DNA from: Nitrospira bacterium HGW-Nitrospira-1
GTDB lineage: Bacteria > Nitrospirota > Thermodesulfovibrionia > Thermodesulfovibrionales > UBA6898
DNA length: 46,044 nucleotides
Direction of reading: 5' to 3'
Assembly: GCA_002839535.1 (NCBI GenBank)
Contig: PGYF01000001.1
Coordinates: 2,352-48,395, forward strand
A model generated the notes under the pieces. The model saw only the letters and a list, made by a program, of their open reading frames with translations. It was not told where the DNA came from and did not search any database. Position numbers and translations under genes: made by a program. Below, piece after piece: positions 1 through 8,447 of the stretch (the stretch's first letter is position 1; each line of letters opens with the position of its first letter).

Positions 1-18
1 CCAGATTTATATATTGTT

Positions 19-87
19 GTCATTGTCCGGCTTGACCGGACAATCCAGAAAAAGGAACTGGATTCCCCGATCAAGTCGTGGAATGAC
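19..87. repeat. Nested-palindrome intergenic repeat element (REP/MITE-like)
   Basis: Outer inverted repeat gtcatt (19-24) / aatgac (82-87). Perfect 9-bp stem attgtccgg (22-30) / ccggacaat (36-44). 7-bp stem aatccag (42-48) / ctggatt (58-64). A second copy with the same architecture lies at 42426-42500. Confidence 0.7.
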
Positions 88-131
88 GGAGGGGGGTCGG
101 GCAATGACAGAGGGGGTCGGGCAATGACACA
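72..131. repeat. Three tandem units of about 20 nt
   Basis: gggggtcgggcaatgaca occurs identically at 92-109 and 112-129 (period 20). A degenerate copy (caagtcgtggaatgacgga) precedes it at 72-90. Confidence 0.8.
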
Positions 132-149
132 AATCAGGAAGCAATTCAT

Positions 150-170
150 CCCTGTGCCAAGAGCACAGGG
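150..170 (+). terminator. Terminator-like hairpin (weak call)
   Basis: Perfect 8-bp stem ccctgtgc / gcacaggg with a 5-nt loop, followed by a partly T-rich tail (cgttcttgcttattc). No gene can be assigned to it within the window. Confidence 0.25.
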
Positions 171-401
171 CGTTCTTGCTTATTCATTAACCCAAAAAAT
201 GCAGTCAGCAGGGGCATGGATGGCTGAAAAGTATTTTGCAGCAACACCTTTTACATGCCGGAATACAATTTTTAACCTGCGTATAATTATTCTTTCAGCG
301 ATTGTAAATTGTATTACGGAATACTGGAAAATCCTGTTGAAATCAAAAGACTTTGAAGGCATTCGTGCCCCTGCGAATATAATTCAAATACATTTTTGGG
401 G

Positions 402-995
402 TTAAACTATTTCCTTGAGTAAATTTTTATAAATACTTTTCACCTGTTTACGGGTCTTCTGTTTAGCGCCATTATTATCAATAAGGTAGTCCGCCTTTTT
501 CTTCTTTATCCGTATCGGCAGTTGGGCCTTCAGCCGCTTCATGGCATTGCTGCGGGATACTCCATCCTTCATCAATCTCTCAATGGCCGCCTTTTGTGTG
601 GTAAAGACTGTAATAGTCCTGTCAAACCTGCCCTGGTATCCGCCCTCAAAAACAAGGGGGACTTCTACAATAACAATCCGCCTCTTCCCTTTTATTTTAT
701 GTAGAGAACTTTCTACTTTATCGAAAACCATAGGATGAAGCAATGCTTCAAGTTTATGTCTTAACCCACTGTTGTTAAATATTATTTTCGCCACCTCAAC
801 CTTGTCGAGCATGCCGTCTTCCTTTTCCACCCGGCCCCCCAGTATTTTTTTAATACTGAGAATCACTTTCTTGTCCTCAAGGAGAAGATTAATGATTTCA
901 TCACTGTCCAAAATTATGGCTCCAAGTTCCCTGAAGACCGAAAGAACAAAGCTCTTCCCCATGCCGTAATTTCCTGTCAGCCCTGCAATAACCAT
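402..995 (-). CDS. coaE: Dephospho-CoA kinase
   Basis: 197-aa ORF. N-terminal P-loop GLTGNYGMGKS and length/layout typical of CoaE. Confidence 0.9.
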   Translation of the reverse strand: MVIAGLTGNYGMGKSFVLSVFRELGAIILDSDEIINLLLEDKKVILSIKKILGGRVEKEDGMLDKVEVAKIIFNNSGLRHKLEALLHPMVFDKVESSLHKIKGKRRIVIVEVPLVFEGGYQGRFDRTITVFTTQKAAIERLMKDGVSRSNAMKRLKAQLPIRIKKKKADYLIDNNGAKQKTRKQVKSIYKNLLKEIV

Positions 996-1031
996 GTTCG
1001 TATTATATACTTTTTAAACACCTTTCTAAAA

Positions 1032-1061
1032 TTGACGCAGTCTCAAAATTCAGGTTATATT
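1032..1061 (+). promoter_or_regulatory. Sigma70-like promoter candidate for the zinc-ribbon gene
   Basis: TTGACG (1032-1037), 18-nt spacer, TATATT (1056-1061), about 30 nt upstream of the ATG at 1091. Confidence 0.35.
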
Positions 1062-1090
1062 ATAAAGTTAAGTTATTTTTGGGGAGGTCC

Positions 1091-1384
1091 ATGGAAATGC
1101 CGATATATGAGTACGTATGCAAAAAATGCAATAAGCAGCTTGAGATAATACAAAAAATTACTGCAAAGCCTTTAACGACCTGTCCTGATTGTAAAGGCCA
1201 ACTCAAAAAAATACTCTCAAACACAACCTTTATTCTGAAAGGCACAGGATGGTATGCCACTGATTATGCATCAAACAAGGGCAATACGCCAAAGGCTTCT
1301 CCGCCGGAAAAAAAGAAAGACAGTTCCGCTGCATCAACCGAAACAACAACCAAAATAAAAGAACCGGCGGTTACAGGCAGGTGA
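1091..1384 (+). CDS. FmdB-family zinc-ribbon putative regulatory protein
   Basis: MPIYEYVCKKC...CPDCKG two-CxxC zinc-ribbon signature. GGGGAGG Shine-Dalgarno at 1081-1087. The start is 1091 or 1097 rather than the TTG at 1079. Confidence 0.8.
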   Translation: MEMPIYEYVCKKCNKQLEIIQKITAKPLTTCPDCKGQLKKILSNTTFILKGTGWYATDYASNKGNTPKASPPEKKKDSSAASTETTTKIKEPAVTGR

Positions 1385-2145
1385 TAGCCCCTCATGTCCA
1401 TATCCCTTTTGATAGAATTCCGGAATATATCGATCTGATTATCGAAAACAGGCTGAATCTTGAAATATACTTCAGCTCAGCAAGCTTGGACACTGTCTCG
1501 AACAAAAGTATTTTTGCGGTCATGGAAATTCTTACTCATAACCCGTCACTTTCAATCCATGCGCCTTTTATGGATATTTCACCTGGCGCGGTGGATTCCA
1601 AAGTCCGCGAGGTTATGCTTGGAAGATTCTCTCATATCCTTGATATATCTGAAATTTTAAAGCCAAAGACAATCGTTTTTCATTCCGGCTATGACAAATG
1701 GAAATATGAGTTAAAACTCGACCTCTGGCTCGAAAAAAGTCTTATGACATGGCAGCCTCTTAACGCGAGGGCTGCAAGCCAGGGAGTAAAGATCGCTATT
1801 GAGAATATATTTGAAGAAGCGCCGATAAATTTAAAAATACTCATGGAGGAAATGAACTCGGATAATTTCGGGGTCTGCTTTGATACAGGGCATTTCAACC
1901 TTTTCTCAAAGTCGCCGCTCAAAGACTGGATAGCATCACTGAAACCTTATATCATAGAACTTCACCTTCATGACAACGACAGAACATCCGACCAGCATCT
2001 TCCCGTAGGTGACGGCACCTTTAATTTTATAAGTTTTTTTGAACTCCTCAGCAACAAAAACTGTATATACACCCTTGAAGCCCATTCACCTGAAAACGTC
2101 CTGAAAAGCATGAAAGCCTTACATGCCCTCACAGCAGCGTTTTAA
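1381..2145 (+). CDS. Sugar phosphate isomerase/epimerase (xylose isomerase-like TIM barrel) family protein
   Basis: 254-aa ORF with family-typical motifs IVFHSGY, IAIENIFE, CFDTGH and ELHLHDN. The GTG start overlaps the upstream stop (GTGA). Confidence 0.75.
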   Translation: MIAPHVHIPFDRIPEYIDLIIENRLNLEIYFSSASLDTVSNKSIFAVMEILTHNPSLSIHAPFMDISPGAVDSKVREVMLGRFSHILDISEILKPKTIVFHSGYDKWKYELKLDLWLEKSLMTWQPLNARAASQGVKIAIENIFEEAPINLKILMEEMNSDNFGVCFDTGHFNLFSKSPLKDWIASLKPYIIELHLHDNDRTSDQHLPVGDGTFNFISFFELLSNKNCIYTLEAHSPENVLKSMKALHALTAAF

Positions 2146-2164
2146 AGTGAGGAGACGATTATCA

Positions 2165-2779
2165 ATGCGATTTTTGAAAAACACGTCCCTTAAAGGATTT
2201 TTCTTTGCAGCCTTCGCCCTGCTGCTTTTCCTTGTTACTTCACCGGCCTTCGCAGGAGAACAGGAGCCTGGAATAGACAAAGCAAAGGGGCACTGGACTG
2301 TTTCAACCGGCTATGGAGTCACTCATCCGGGACTCGGCGCCACGGAAACAAAGGTAGAAACAGCGGAGCTCATATTGAGCTACGGGCACTTTTTATCTGA
2401 AGAAGTCGGTAAATCATGGTATCGCGGAAGGCATGAGATAATCATTGAACTGCCCCTGCATTATGTTGTCAGCCCTGAAACAACGCCGATGATTGGAATC
2501 ACTTTTCTTGCATCGTGGGTTTTTACCGCATCGAAAACAATGACCCCTTACATCTTTGGGGGAGGCGGGTTAGTATACACAGACCTCAACGCGCCTGAAC
2601 TCGGAAGAAAGCTCAACGGCACCCATCAGGTCGGAACAGGGTTCCATTATTTTTTCAGGAAGAATACCAGTCTGGATTTCAGCTACCGGTTTCATCATAT
2701 CTCTAACGCCGGAACCGCAACGCCCAACGGACCTCTGAATTCGAGCAGGATACTTTTCGGCGTCTCTTTCTTCCGCTGA
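2165..2779 (+). CDS. PagL-like lipid A deacylase / acyloxyacyl hydrolase (outer-membrane beta-barrel)
   Basis: Signal peptide MRFLKNTSLKGFFFAAFALLLFLVTSPAFA. C-terminal HHISNAG (the H-x-S-N-G/A catalytic motif of the PagL family) and a terminal aromatic residue pattern. The ATG at 2165 is preferred over the ORF-track start at 2123. Confidence 0.7.
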   Translation: MRFLKNTSLKGFFFAAFALLLFLVTSPAFAGEQEPGIDKAKGHWTVSTGYGVTHPGLGATETKVETAELILSYGHFLSEEVGKSWYRGRHEIIIELPLHYVVSPETTPMIGITFLASWVFTASKTMTPYIFGGGGLVYTDLNAPELGRKLNGTHQVGTGFHYFFRKNTSLDFSYRFHHISNAGTATPNGPLNSSRILFGVSFFR

Positions 2780-2813
2780 CCCCAGGGGAAGATGTGTTCC
2801 ATCCTCTGCTGTT

Positions 2814-4226
2814 TCAGTCGAACTGTTTTCTGATATTCAGAAACGTGGGAAGATTTTTTATGATCCTGAATGTGCTGTCGGGACACTTGAACATAAGGGG
2901 GCCGAATTTCCTGATCCAGTTCTTTCCTGTGTAGAAACGCTTTATAGACTGATTGTAGAGCCTCTCCATCTTCTCTTTCGATTCCATGCCCTTGGGAACA
3001 AAGACAAAATTCAGGCAGTTCATTAATTCCCAGTTCTCCTCGAACGTCCCCTCTTCATGGATCGTCTGATAGGCCGGGGACCCGGGAAAGGGCGTAAACT
3101 TGGTCATGTTCATATCGTCAAGTCCGAGTTCCTCGATAAAATCAGCAGTCCTTTGTATCGTCTGCTCGGTCTCGCCGGGAAGCCCCATCATAAAGAGACC
3201 CTTGGCCCTCATGTTGTTTTTCTGTATCCGCCTGACCGTGTCCCTTATCTGATGCAGGGTCACCTTTGCCTTATGCCTGTCAAGCAGTTCCTGGTCTCCG
3301 GATTCCATACCTATGCTCACCATCCAGCCACCCGAGGCCTTGAGAGTTTGCAGGAGCTCGTCATCCGCATGCCCTACCCTTACCGCGCAATTAAAGGTCA
3401 TATGCAAAGGCTTTTTCCTGAGCAGCCCGCAGAACTCCTCCACCCTTTTTCTGTTAAAGGTGAAGAGATCGTCATAGAAAAAAATATGCCTTATCTTGAA
3501 GTCCTTCCTGAGAAGACGCATCTGCTCATAGAGATATTCGGCTGAATTATACCTGAAGCTCCTCCGAAAAACAGACCGGTCGCAATAGGAACACTGGTAG
3601 GGACAGCCCCTGCTGGAGATAATCGTAGCGCTGGGGGACCTGGGATAATTAAAAAGCGGGGGCTCAAAGTATTTCGGAAACCCTTCAAGCTTTTGGTATG
3701 CTGGAAACGGGAGATCATCGAGTTCGCAAAGCTCAGTCCGGAATCCGCCTGAACAGATATTGTCACCATCACGGGAGATCACCCCCTGGATTGTGCGGGG
3801 ATCTTTCCCTCCTGCCAGGTCAGTCATGGCCATTTCACCTTCACCTGTCACGAGAAAATCAATGAGCGGAAAACTTTCCAGTATCTTCTCCCGTAACGCA
3901 GAAACATGGACCCCGCCGAACACAATCTTCACCTCAGGCATGACCTTCCTGATCTCTGTCACCTTGCGGTAGGCGTCCATGAAACCCGAAGTTGTCGCGG
4001 TAAAACCGATCATGTCAGGTTTCAGGGAACTGACCCTGTTCATAAGCTCTGCTGTCCCTCTCTGCCCAGCACGGCAGTTATGAATATCTACGTCAAAACC
4101 GTTCTTTATAAGATATGATGCCAGAAAAAGTATTCCCATCGGGGCCAACCGCACGGCCCTTTCCGTATCGTCCCTGAGCCCTTCTATCCAGTTTGAGCCA
4201 AAGGGATTAATGAGGAGTATTTTCAC
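2814..4226 (-). CDS. B12-binding (class B) radical SAM protein
   Basis: 470 aa. N-terminal Rossmann-like B12-binding region (MKILLINP...GILFLASYL...FGGVH), then SSRGCPYQCSYC (CX3CX2C). Confidence 0.85.
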   Translation of the reverse strand: MKILLINPFGSNWIEGLRDDTERAVRLAPMGILFLASYLIKNGFDVDIHNCRAGQRGTAELMNRVSSLKPDMIGFTATTSGFMDAYRKVTEIRKVMPEVKIVFGGVHVSALREKILESFPLIDFLVTGEGEMAMTDLAGGKDPRTIQGVISRDGDNICSGGFRTELCELDDLPFPAYQKLEGFPKYFEPPLFNYPRSPSATIISSRGCPYQCSYCDRSVFRRSFRYNSAEYLYEQMRLLRKDFKIRHIFFYDDLFTFNRKRVEEFCGLLRKKPLHMTFNCAVRVGHADDELLQTLKASGGWMVSIGMESGDQELLDRHKAKVTLHQIRDTVRRIQKNNMRAKGLFMMGLPGETEQTIQRTADFIEELGLDDMNMTKFTPFPGSPAYQTIHEEGTFEENWELMNCLNFVFVPKGMESKEKMERLYNQSIKRFYTGKNWIRKFGPLMFKCPDSTFRIIKNLPTFLNIRKQFD

Positions 4227-5652
4227 GCCTTACCTTTCCGCTTGCTGTTTTTGGCAATGCATCCACGACCTGAAAATCCTTGGGCACTTTATATTGAGAC
4301 ATCCTCTGATAGCAGAACCTTCGTAAATCACCCAAGTCCAGTTCCCGTGACGGGCTGTTTCTCAAGACAAGCATAGCCGCGGGCAGCTGCCCGTACTGCG
4401 GGTGGGATACGCCGTAAACCATCGACTCTTTCACGAGGGGATATTCGTTCAGCACAGCTTCCACTTCAAAAGGGAAAACCTTCATCCCCACAAAATTGAT
4501 GACATCCTTCTCCCTTCCGACAATAGTCAGATGACCATCATTTTCGAGCCTGCCGAGGTCACCAGTCCTGAACCAGCCGTCCTTCAGCACGCTCTCCTGA
4601 CCCTGCCATGGTGAAAAGTAGGCGTCAAACATGCCCTTCCCCCTGATATAAATCTCCCCGACGCCGTCAGTGTCTTTTGCTGCTATTTCGACCTCATAGT
4701 CCGGAAGGGGCCTGCCAACGCCCTCCCTGCTTTCCCCTCCGGACAACAGATTAATGAACGGCAACCCCACCTCGATAATACCGTAGGCCTCGGCCGGTTC
4801 AAATCCGAACTTCGCGGAAAACTCCTCTGCGATGGCACGGGGAAGCTTCATGGCGGTTGAAATCGCCAGACGTATATTACTGAGAGACCAGGGAGAAAGA
4901 AGGTCTGAACGGACCATTACGTTACAGTGAAAAGGTGAGGCATAAATAAACGTACCTTTATGACGCGTAATCCCCTCTATAAGAGATTCCGGAAAATTAT
5001 GACTGCAAAGTACGATGGTTGCCGCGCGGCGCAGAAAAAGGAGTATGGTCACCACGAAATGGAAACTCATCGAGAGCACCCACAGTACTGTATCTTCCGA
5101 AGTGATCTTCAGGCCTTTGTCTGCCGCGTCCGTCCTTTCAATGATGGCCTCGTGGGACATGACCACCCCCTTGCTTGCGCCGGTAGTGCCGGAGCTGAAA
5201 CGGATGAATGCAGGATTGATCCTGTAATATTCAGCATAGGGCAATGCAGGGACGTTTCTTTTAAGTATCCGCAATTCCTTTTTAAGCAAACCCTCTGATG
5301 GGAGAATTTCGGAGCCTTCTTCCTGATATGTCCCTTTTTCAAATATCAGGTAATCAAGAGATATCCTTTCTATAATTTCTTTTATCTCCTTATCAGCCTG
5401 TTCAGGAGAGACAGGAACGATCACCGCCGAAAGGGACAAGACCGCAAGATTTGTCGTAATGTAGTCAATGGAGTCGCCGCACAAAAGACCCACCCTGTGA
5501 AACCGGCCCACGCCTTTTGCCCTGAGAGAAGACGCAGTCATATCAGCAAAGGAGAGGAGCCTCCCATAGGAAAGCATTGCATCGCCTTCGATGACCGCTG
5601 TTTTCCCGGTAAAGTCCCGTGTCTCTTTTCTGATCGTATCGAATATGTTCAT
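4207..5652 (-). CDS. AMP-dependent synthetase/ligase (acyl- or aryl-adenylating enzyme, ApeH-like position)
   Basis: 481 aa. Motifs FSSGTTGASKGV, GWFRTGDLG and a C-terminal SGKV lysine motif of the ANL superfamily. Confidence 0.85.
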   Translation of the reverse strand: MNIFDTIRKETRDFTGKTAVIEGDAMLSYGRLLSFADMTASSLRAKGVGRFHRVGLLCGDSIDYITTNLAVLSLSAVIVPVSPEQADKEIKEIIERISLDYLIFEKGTYQEEGSEILPSEGLLKKELRILKRNVPALPYAEYYRINPAFIRFSSGTTGASKGVVMSHEAIIERTDAADKGLKITSEDTVLWVLSMSFHFVVTILLFLRRAATIVLCSHNFPESLIEGITRHKGTFIYASPFHCNVMVRSDLLSPWSLSNIRLAISTAMKLPRAIAEEFSAKFGFEPAEAYGIIEVGLPFINLLSGGESREGVGRPLPDYEVEIAAKDTDGVGEIYIRGKGMFDAYFSPWQGQESVLKDGWFRTGDLGRLENDGHLTIVGREKDVINFVGMKVFPFEVEAVLNEYPLVKESMVYGVSHPQYGQLPAAMLVLRNSPSRELDLGDLRRFCYQRMSQYKVPKDFQVVDALPKTASGKVRRENTPH

Positions 5653-5694
5653 ATCACCTTCTTACCGGTTCATGGGTAGTAAGGCCTCCTGTAT

Positions 5695-6906
5695 TTATAT
5701 TTCCTTATGCGATGAAAGGTAAGCTCCATATTTGATCTTGCGGGCTGCTGCCCTTCCTGCCTGCTCTCCCAGGGAGATGCATGTGCCCATCACCCTTGTA
5801 GAGCCGAGCGCCTCGTGAGAAACCGATATACAGCGACCGGCGCATAATAAGTTGTCAAAGCCGTTCACCTTCAAACAGCCGAAAGGTATCTCATAATAAT
5901 CACCCTTTTTCACATACCGGTAAATCGTCCCTTTGTTCCTGTCCCATAGCTCTATGGGCCATGAACTTCTGACAATGCCGTCCGGAAATTTCTTTGCGCT
6001 CAGGACATCTTCTTCCGTAAGCATGTACTCACCCCTGATCCTCCTGCCCTCCCTTTCCAGAACACCTTTGGAAGTTTCCGCGATGCAGGAGTCCCTGAAT
6101 GCATCGAGCCTGTCTGACAAATACTTGTAGGCTGACAGCGCATCCGTTATCGCCCCTTGTCTGCTTTCGATATCGTTCGAAACAGACACACTAACTTTCA
6201 GGTATCCCTCGTCCGGACTGTCACCGGGGACCAGGACTGAAAATCTGAGTTCAGGAGGCAGAATCCTGTTTTTCACAGCCTCGGCCAGGCACCACGGGAC
6301 TTTCAGCCGCAGGCTTTCATCATAATCTTTCAGCCCCCTTATATGCATCACATACGCGGCAAGCTGGAGTTTTTCCTGCGGAGCTGCCTCAAAGTCGGCC
6401 CCTGCCATCGCTGAAACCGCTCCGCTGCCTGAGCAGTCTATCACCATGCCGGGTACTATTTCATAGTCGGCGCCTGCACATGCCACCATTACCCCGTCTA
6501 TTTTTTCTCCACTCTTGCTGACCGATACCACCGTTGTATCCGGACAAACCTCGATATTTGATTCTGCCCGGCAGAAGGAATCAAAAACAGTTCTGAGGTC
6601 TTCCCTGGAATAAGGCAGGACATAGACCCGCCCCATTTTCTGCACTGTCTTATCAGGAGATAATGCATTCAGTAAGGCGACAACCTCCCGGGATAGTCCC
6701 TTGTTGAGAGTTTCTTCGGGCATACTGTCACTATTGAGGTAAAGGCCGCAGATATGCCTGAGCAATCCGGAATAGCCGATACCACCCAGAAAACCTTCTT
6801 TCTCGACAAGACACGTACGCGCTCCCTGCCGCGCAGCTGCCACAGCTGCCGCCACACCGGAAACACCACCGCCTGCAATCAGCACATCGGTCCGAATACT
6901 TTTCAC
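5695..6906 (-). CDS. FAD-dependent oxidoreductase
   Basis: 403 aa. N-terminal dinucleotide fold DVLIAGGGVSGVAAAVAAARQGARTCLVEKEGFLGG. Confidence 0.75.
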   Translation of the reverse strand: MKSIRTDVLIAGGGVSGVAAAVAAARQGARTCLVEKEGFLGGIGYSGLLRHICGLYLNSDSMPEETLNKGLSREVVALLNALSPDKTVQKMGRVYVLPYSREDLRTVFDSFCRAESNIEVCPDTTVVSVSKSGEKIDGVMVACAGADYEIVPGMVIDCSGSGAVSAMAGADFEAAPQEKLQLAAYVMHIRGLKDYDESLRLKVPWCLAEAVKNRILPPELRFSVLVPGDSPDEGYLKVSVSVSNDIESRQGAITDALSAYKYLSDRLDAFRDSCIAETSKGVLEREGRRIRGEYMLTEEDVLSAKKFPDGIVRSSWPIELWDRNKGTIYRYVKKGDYYEIPFGCLKVNGFDNLLCAGRCISVSHEALGSTRVMGTCISLGEQAGRAAARKIKYGAYLSSHKEI

Positions 6907-7091
6907 ACGGAAACCTCCAGTTTCTCCTTTACGCCTTTTGTCAGCATCAGGACTTCCTCATCAGACAACAGTCCGTCGAGATAAGAGATAACAAAATTCA
7001 GCCGTCCGTCAAAAGAATTGAAAAAAACCCCCAGTCCGGGCGGGACCGGGACCCGTGGGGTATGAAAAAGATTTTTTATTTCCGACCCCAT
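6903..7091 (-). CDS. C-terminal fragment of condensation-like acyltransferase (frame-shifted relative to 7076-8185)
   Basis: The 62-aa ORF overlaps the end of the upstream ORF by 16 nt in another frame. GLGVFFNSFDGRLNFVISYLDG resembles the last strands of condensation/WS-DGAT folds. Confidence 0.5.
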   Translation of the reverse strand: MGSEIKNLFHTPRVPVPPGLGVFFNSFDGRLNFVISYLDGLLSDEEVLMLTKGVKEKLEVSV

Positions 7092-8185
7092 GCAACCTTT
7101 CCACCCATTGGCAGGCGAAAAACTTTTTCCAAAAAAGAAAGCGGGGCGATACGCAGCAGTGCGCTCGCAGCGGAAAGGTCTTTCGGCATCCCGGCTTTTA
7201 CCTGCTCATACATCTGGCCCTTCACTGTCTTCATAATCTTCTTCAGGTCGGCAGTCTCCTCTGCCGGGACCTTGAAAAACAGGTAGGAAACGTGGTTCAG
7301 AAATAATTCCTGTGTTATGTCCTCGCTTGTTCTCGAATCAATGGTGACAGGGACCACATAATTATTCGTCTCTATCCCCTTTTCTTTAAAAAGCTGATGG
7401 ACCGCCTGTATGACAACAGAGAGCAGATAGGGCATCTCCATCAAATACCCGGCCTGGCTATACGCGGCCTCGAAAATTCTGGTCGTCTCTTCTTCGTCAA
7501 AAGAAATAAGGCGGAATTTAAAGCCCCTGTCCTTTTCCTGCGGAAGAGGCAGGATTTCAAAGGCTGGTTTTGAAAGGGCGATCATCTTACGGTTAACATT
7601 CCTGCCTGAATAAAATTTCTGCATCCAGTCTGAAAGGTCCGCAGGGGCGGTCAGTTGCAGCCCCTGCAAAATGGCCGCAAGGTCTGCTCCCGAAGAATAT
7701 TGCAGAAACAGCTCGAGAAAGTTTTCAGCCCCACGCGCATCGAACAGGCGATGGTCAAAGGTCATCGCAAAGATACTGTCCTTTTTTCCCCTCTGCATAA
7801 GATGGAACGCAAGATGTTCATTGTCCGGGAAAGGGCTGTTCACGGCCTTTTCAAGTAATAGCAGGGCCTCCTCCAGTGACGGATTTTCTTCTGTTTCATG
7901 GACACTGAGCTTGAAGTCAACGGTCGCCTTTTCAGGTAATCGCCAGTAGGGGGTGAGATTGAAGTCCCGGCACACATTACCCTGAAGCATCGGAAACTCT
8001 TTCAGAAAATCTCCCAGCCGCTGCCTGAGGGGACCTTCGTCAAGCTGCGCATCCATCACAAGAACGATCTGAGACATATTTCCCGCGCAGGTCATGGATT
8101 TCATCGTATGGTCAAGCGTATTGATTACCCAGTCCGTGCCGGACAGATACAATTTGTTTTTGGACGAAGGGATAACAAAGCCCAT
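7076..8185 (-). CDS. Condensation-domain-like (HxxxD) acyltransferase, N-terminal ~85 percent
   Basis: 369 aa with FDHRLFDARG (HxxxD catalytic motif). The size and motif position fit the condensation / PapA5 / WS-DGAT superfamily. It terminates prematurely next to a GGGG run. Confidence 0.6.
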   Translation of the reverse strand: MGFVIPSSKNKLYLSGTDWVINTLDHTMKSMTCAGNMSQIVLVMDAQLDEGPLRQRLGDFLKEFPMLQGNVCRDFNLTPYWRLPEKATVDFKLSVHETEENPSLEEALLLLEKAVNSPFPDNEHLAFHLMQRGKKDSIFAMTFDHRLFDARGAENFLELFLQYSSGADLAAILQGLQLTAPADLSDWMQKFYSGRNVNRKMIALSKPAFEILPLPQEKDRGFKFRLISFDEEETTRIFEAAYSQAGYLMEMPYLLSVVIQAVHQLFKEKGIETNNYVVPVTIDSRTSEDITQELFLNHVSYLFFKVPAEETADLKKIMKTVKGQMYEQVKAGMPKDLSAASALLRIAPLSFLEKVFRLPMGGKVAWGRK

Positions 8186-8187
8186 AA

Positions 8188-8430
8188 TTAGAGCTTTGAG
8201 GTGATAAAGGCCGCCAGAGAATTCAGTGTCTCAAAATCCTTTTTGGTCAAATCAGTTTCGACCATATTGAGATTAAAGGTCTTTTCAATAAATACAAGCA
8301 TCTCGACAAAACCAAGCGAATCGAGTCCCAATTCTTTAAAGGGCATATCAACATCCACTGAATATCTGTCAATAGAGAGTATCTCAGAGACGCCGTCTAT
8401 CAATTTTTCCTCTACTTCCTTTTTTGTCAT
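8188..8430 (-). CDS. Acyl carrier protein (ACP-1)
   Basis: 80 aa, with the LGLDSLGFVEML phosphopantetheine attachment motif (DSL). Confidence 0.85.
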   Translation of the reverse strand: MTKKEVEEKLIDGVSEILSIDRYSVDVDMPFKELGLDSLGFVEMLVFIEKTFNLNMVETDLTKKDFETLNSLAAFITSKL

Positions 8431-8447
8431 TTCCGTCTCAGGTGATA

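Noticed and set aside
124-405. 93-aa ORF (+) and the antisense 60-aa ORF 180-362 in the region downstream of coaE
   Set aside because: There is no Shine-Dalgarno, the ORF starts inside the tandem repeat unit, and the sequence is AT-rich and low-complexity with no recognisable motif. I treat 132-401 as non-coding. I could not recognise any RNA gene there either.
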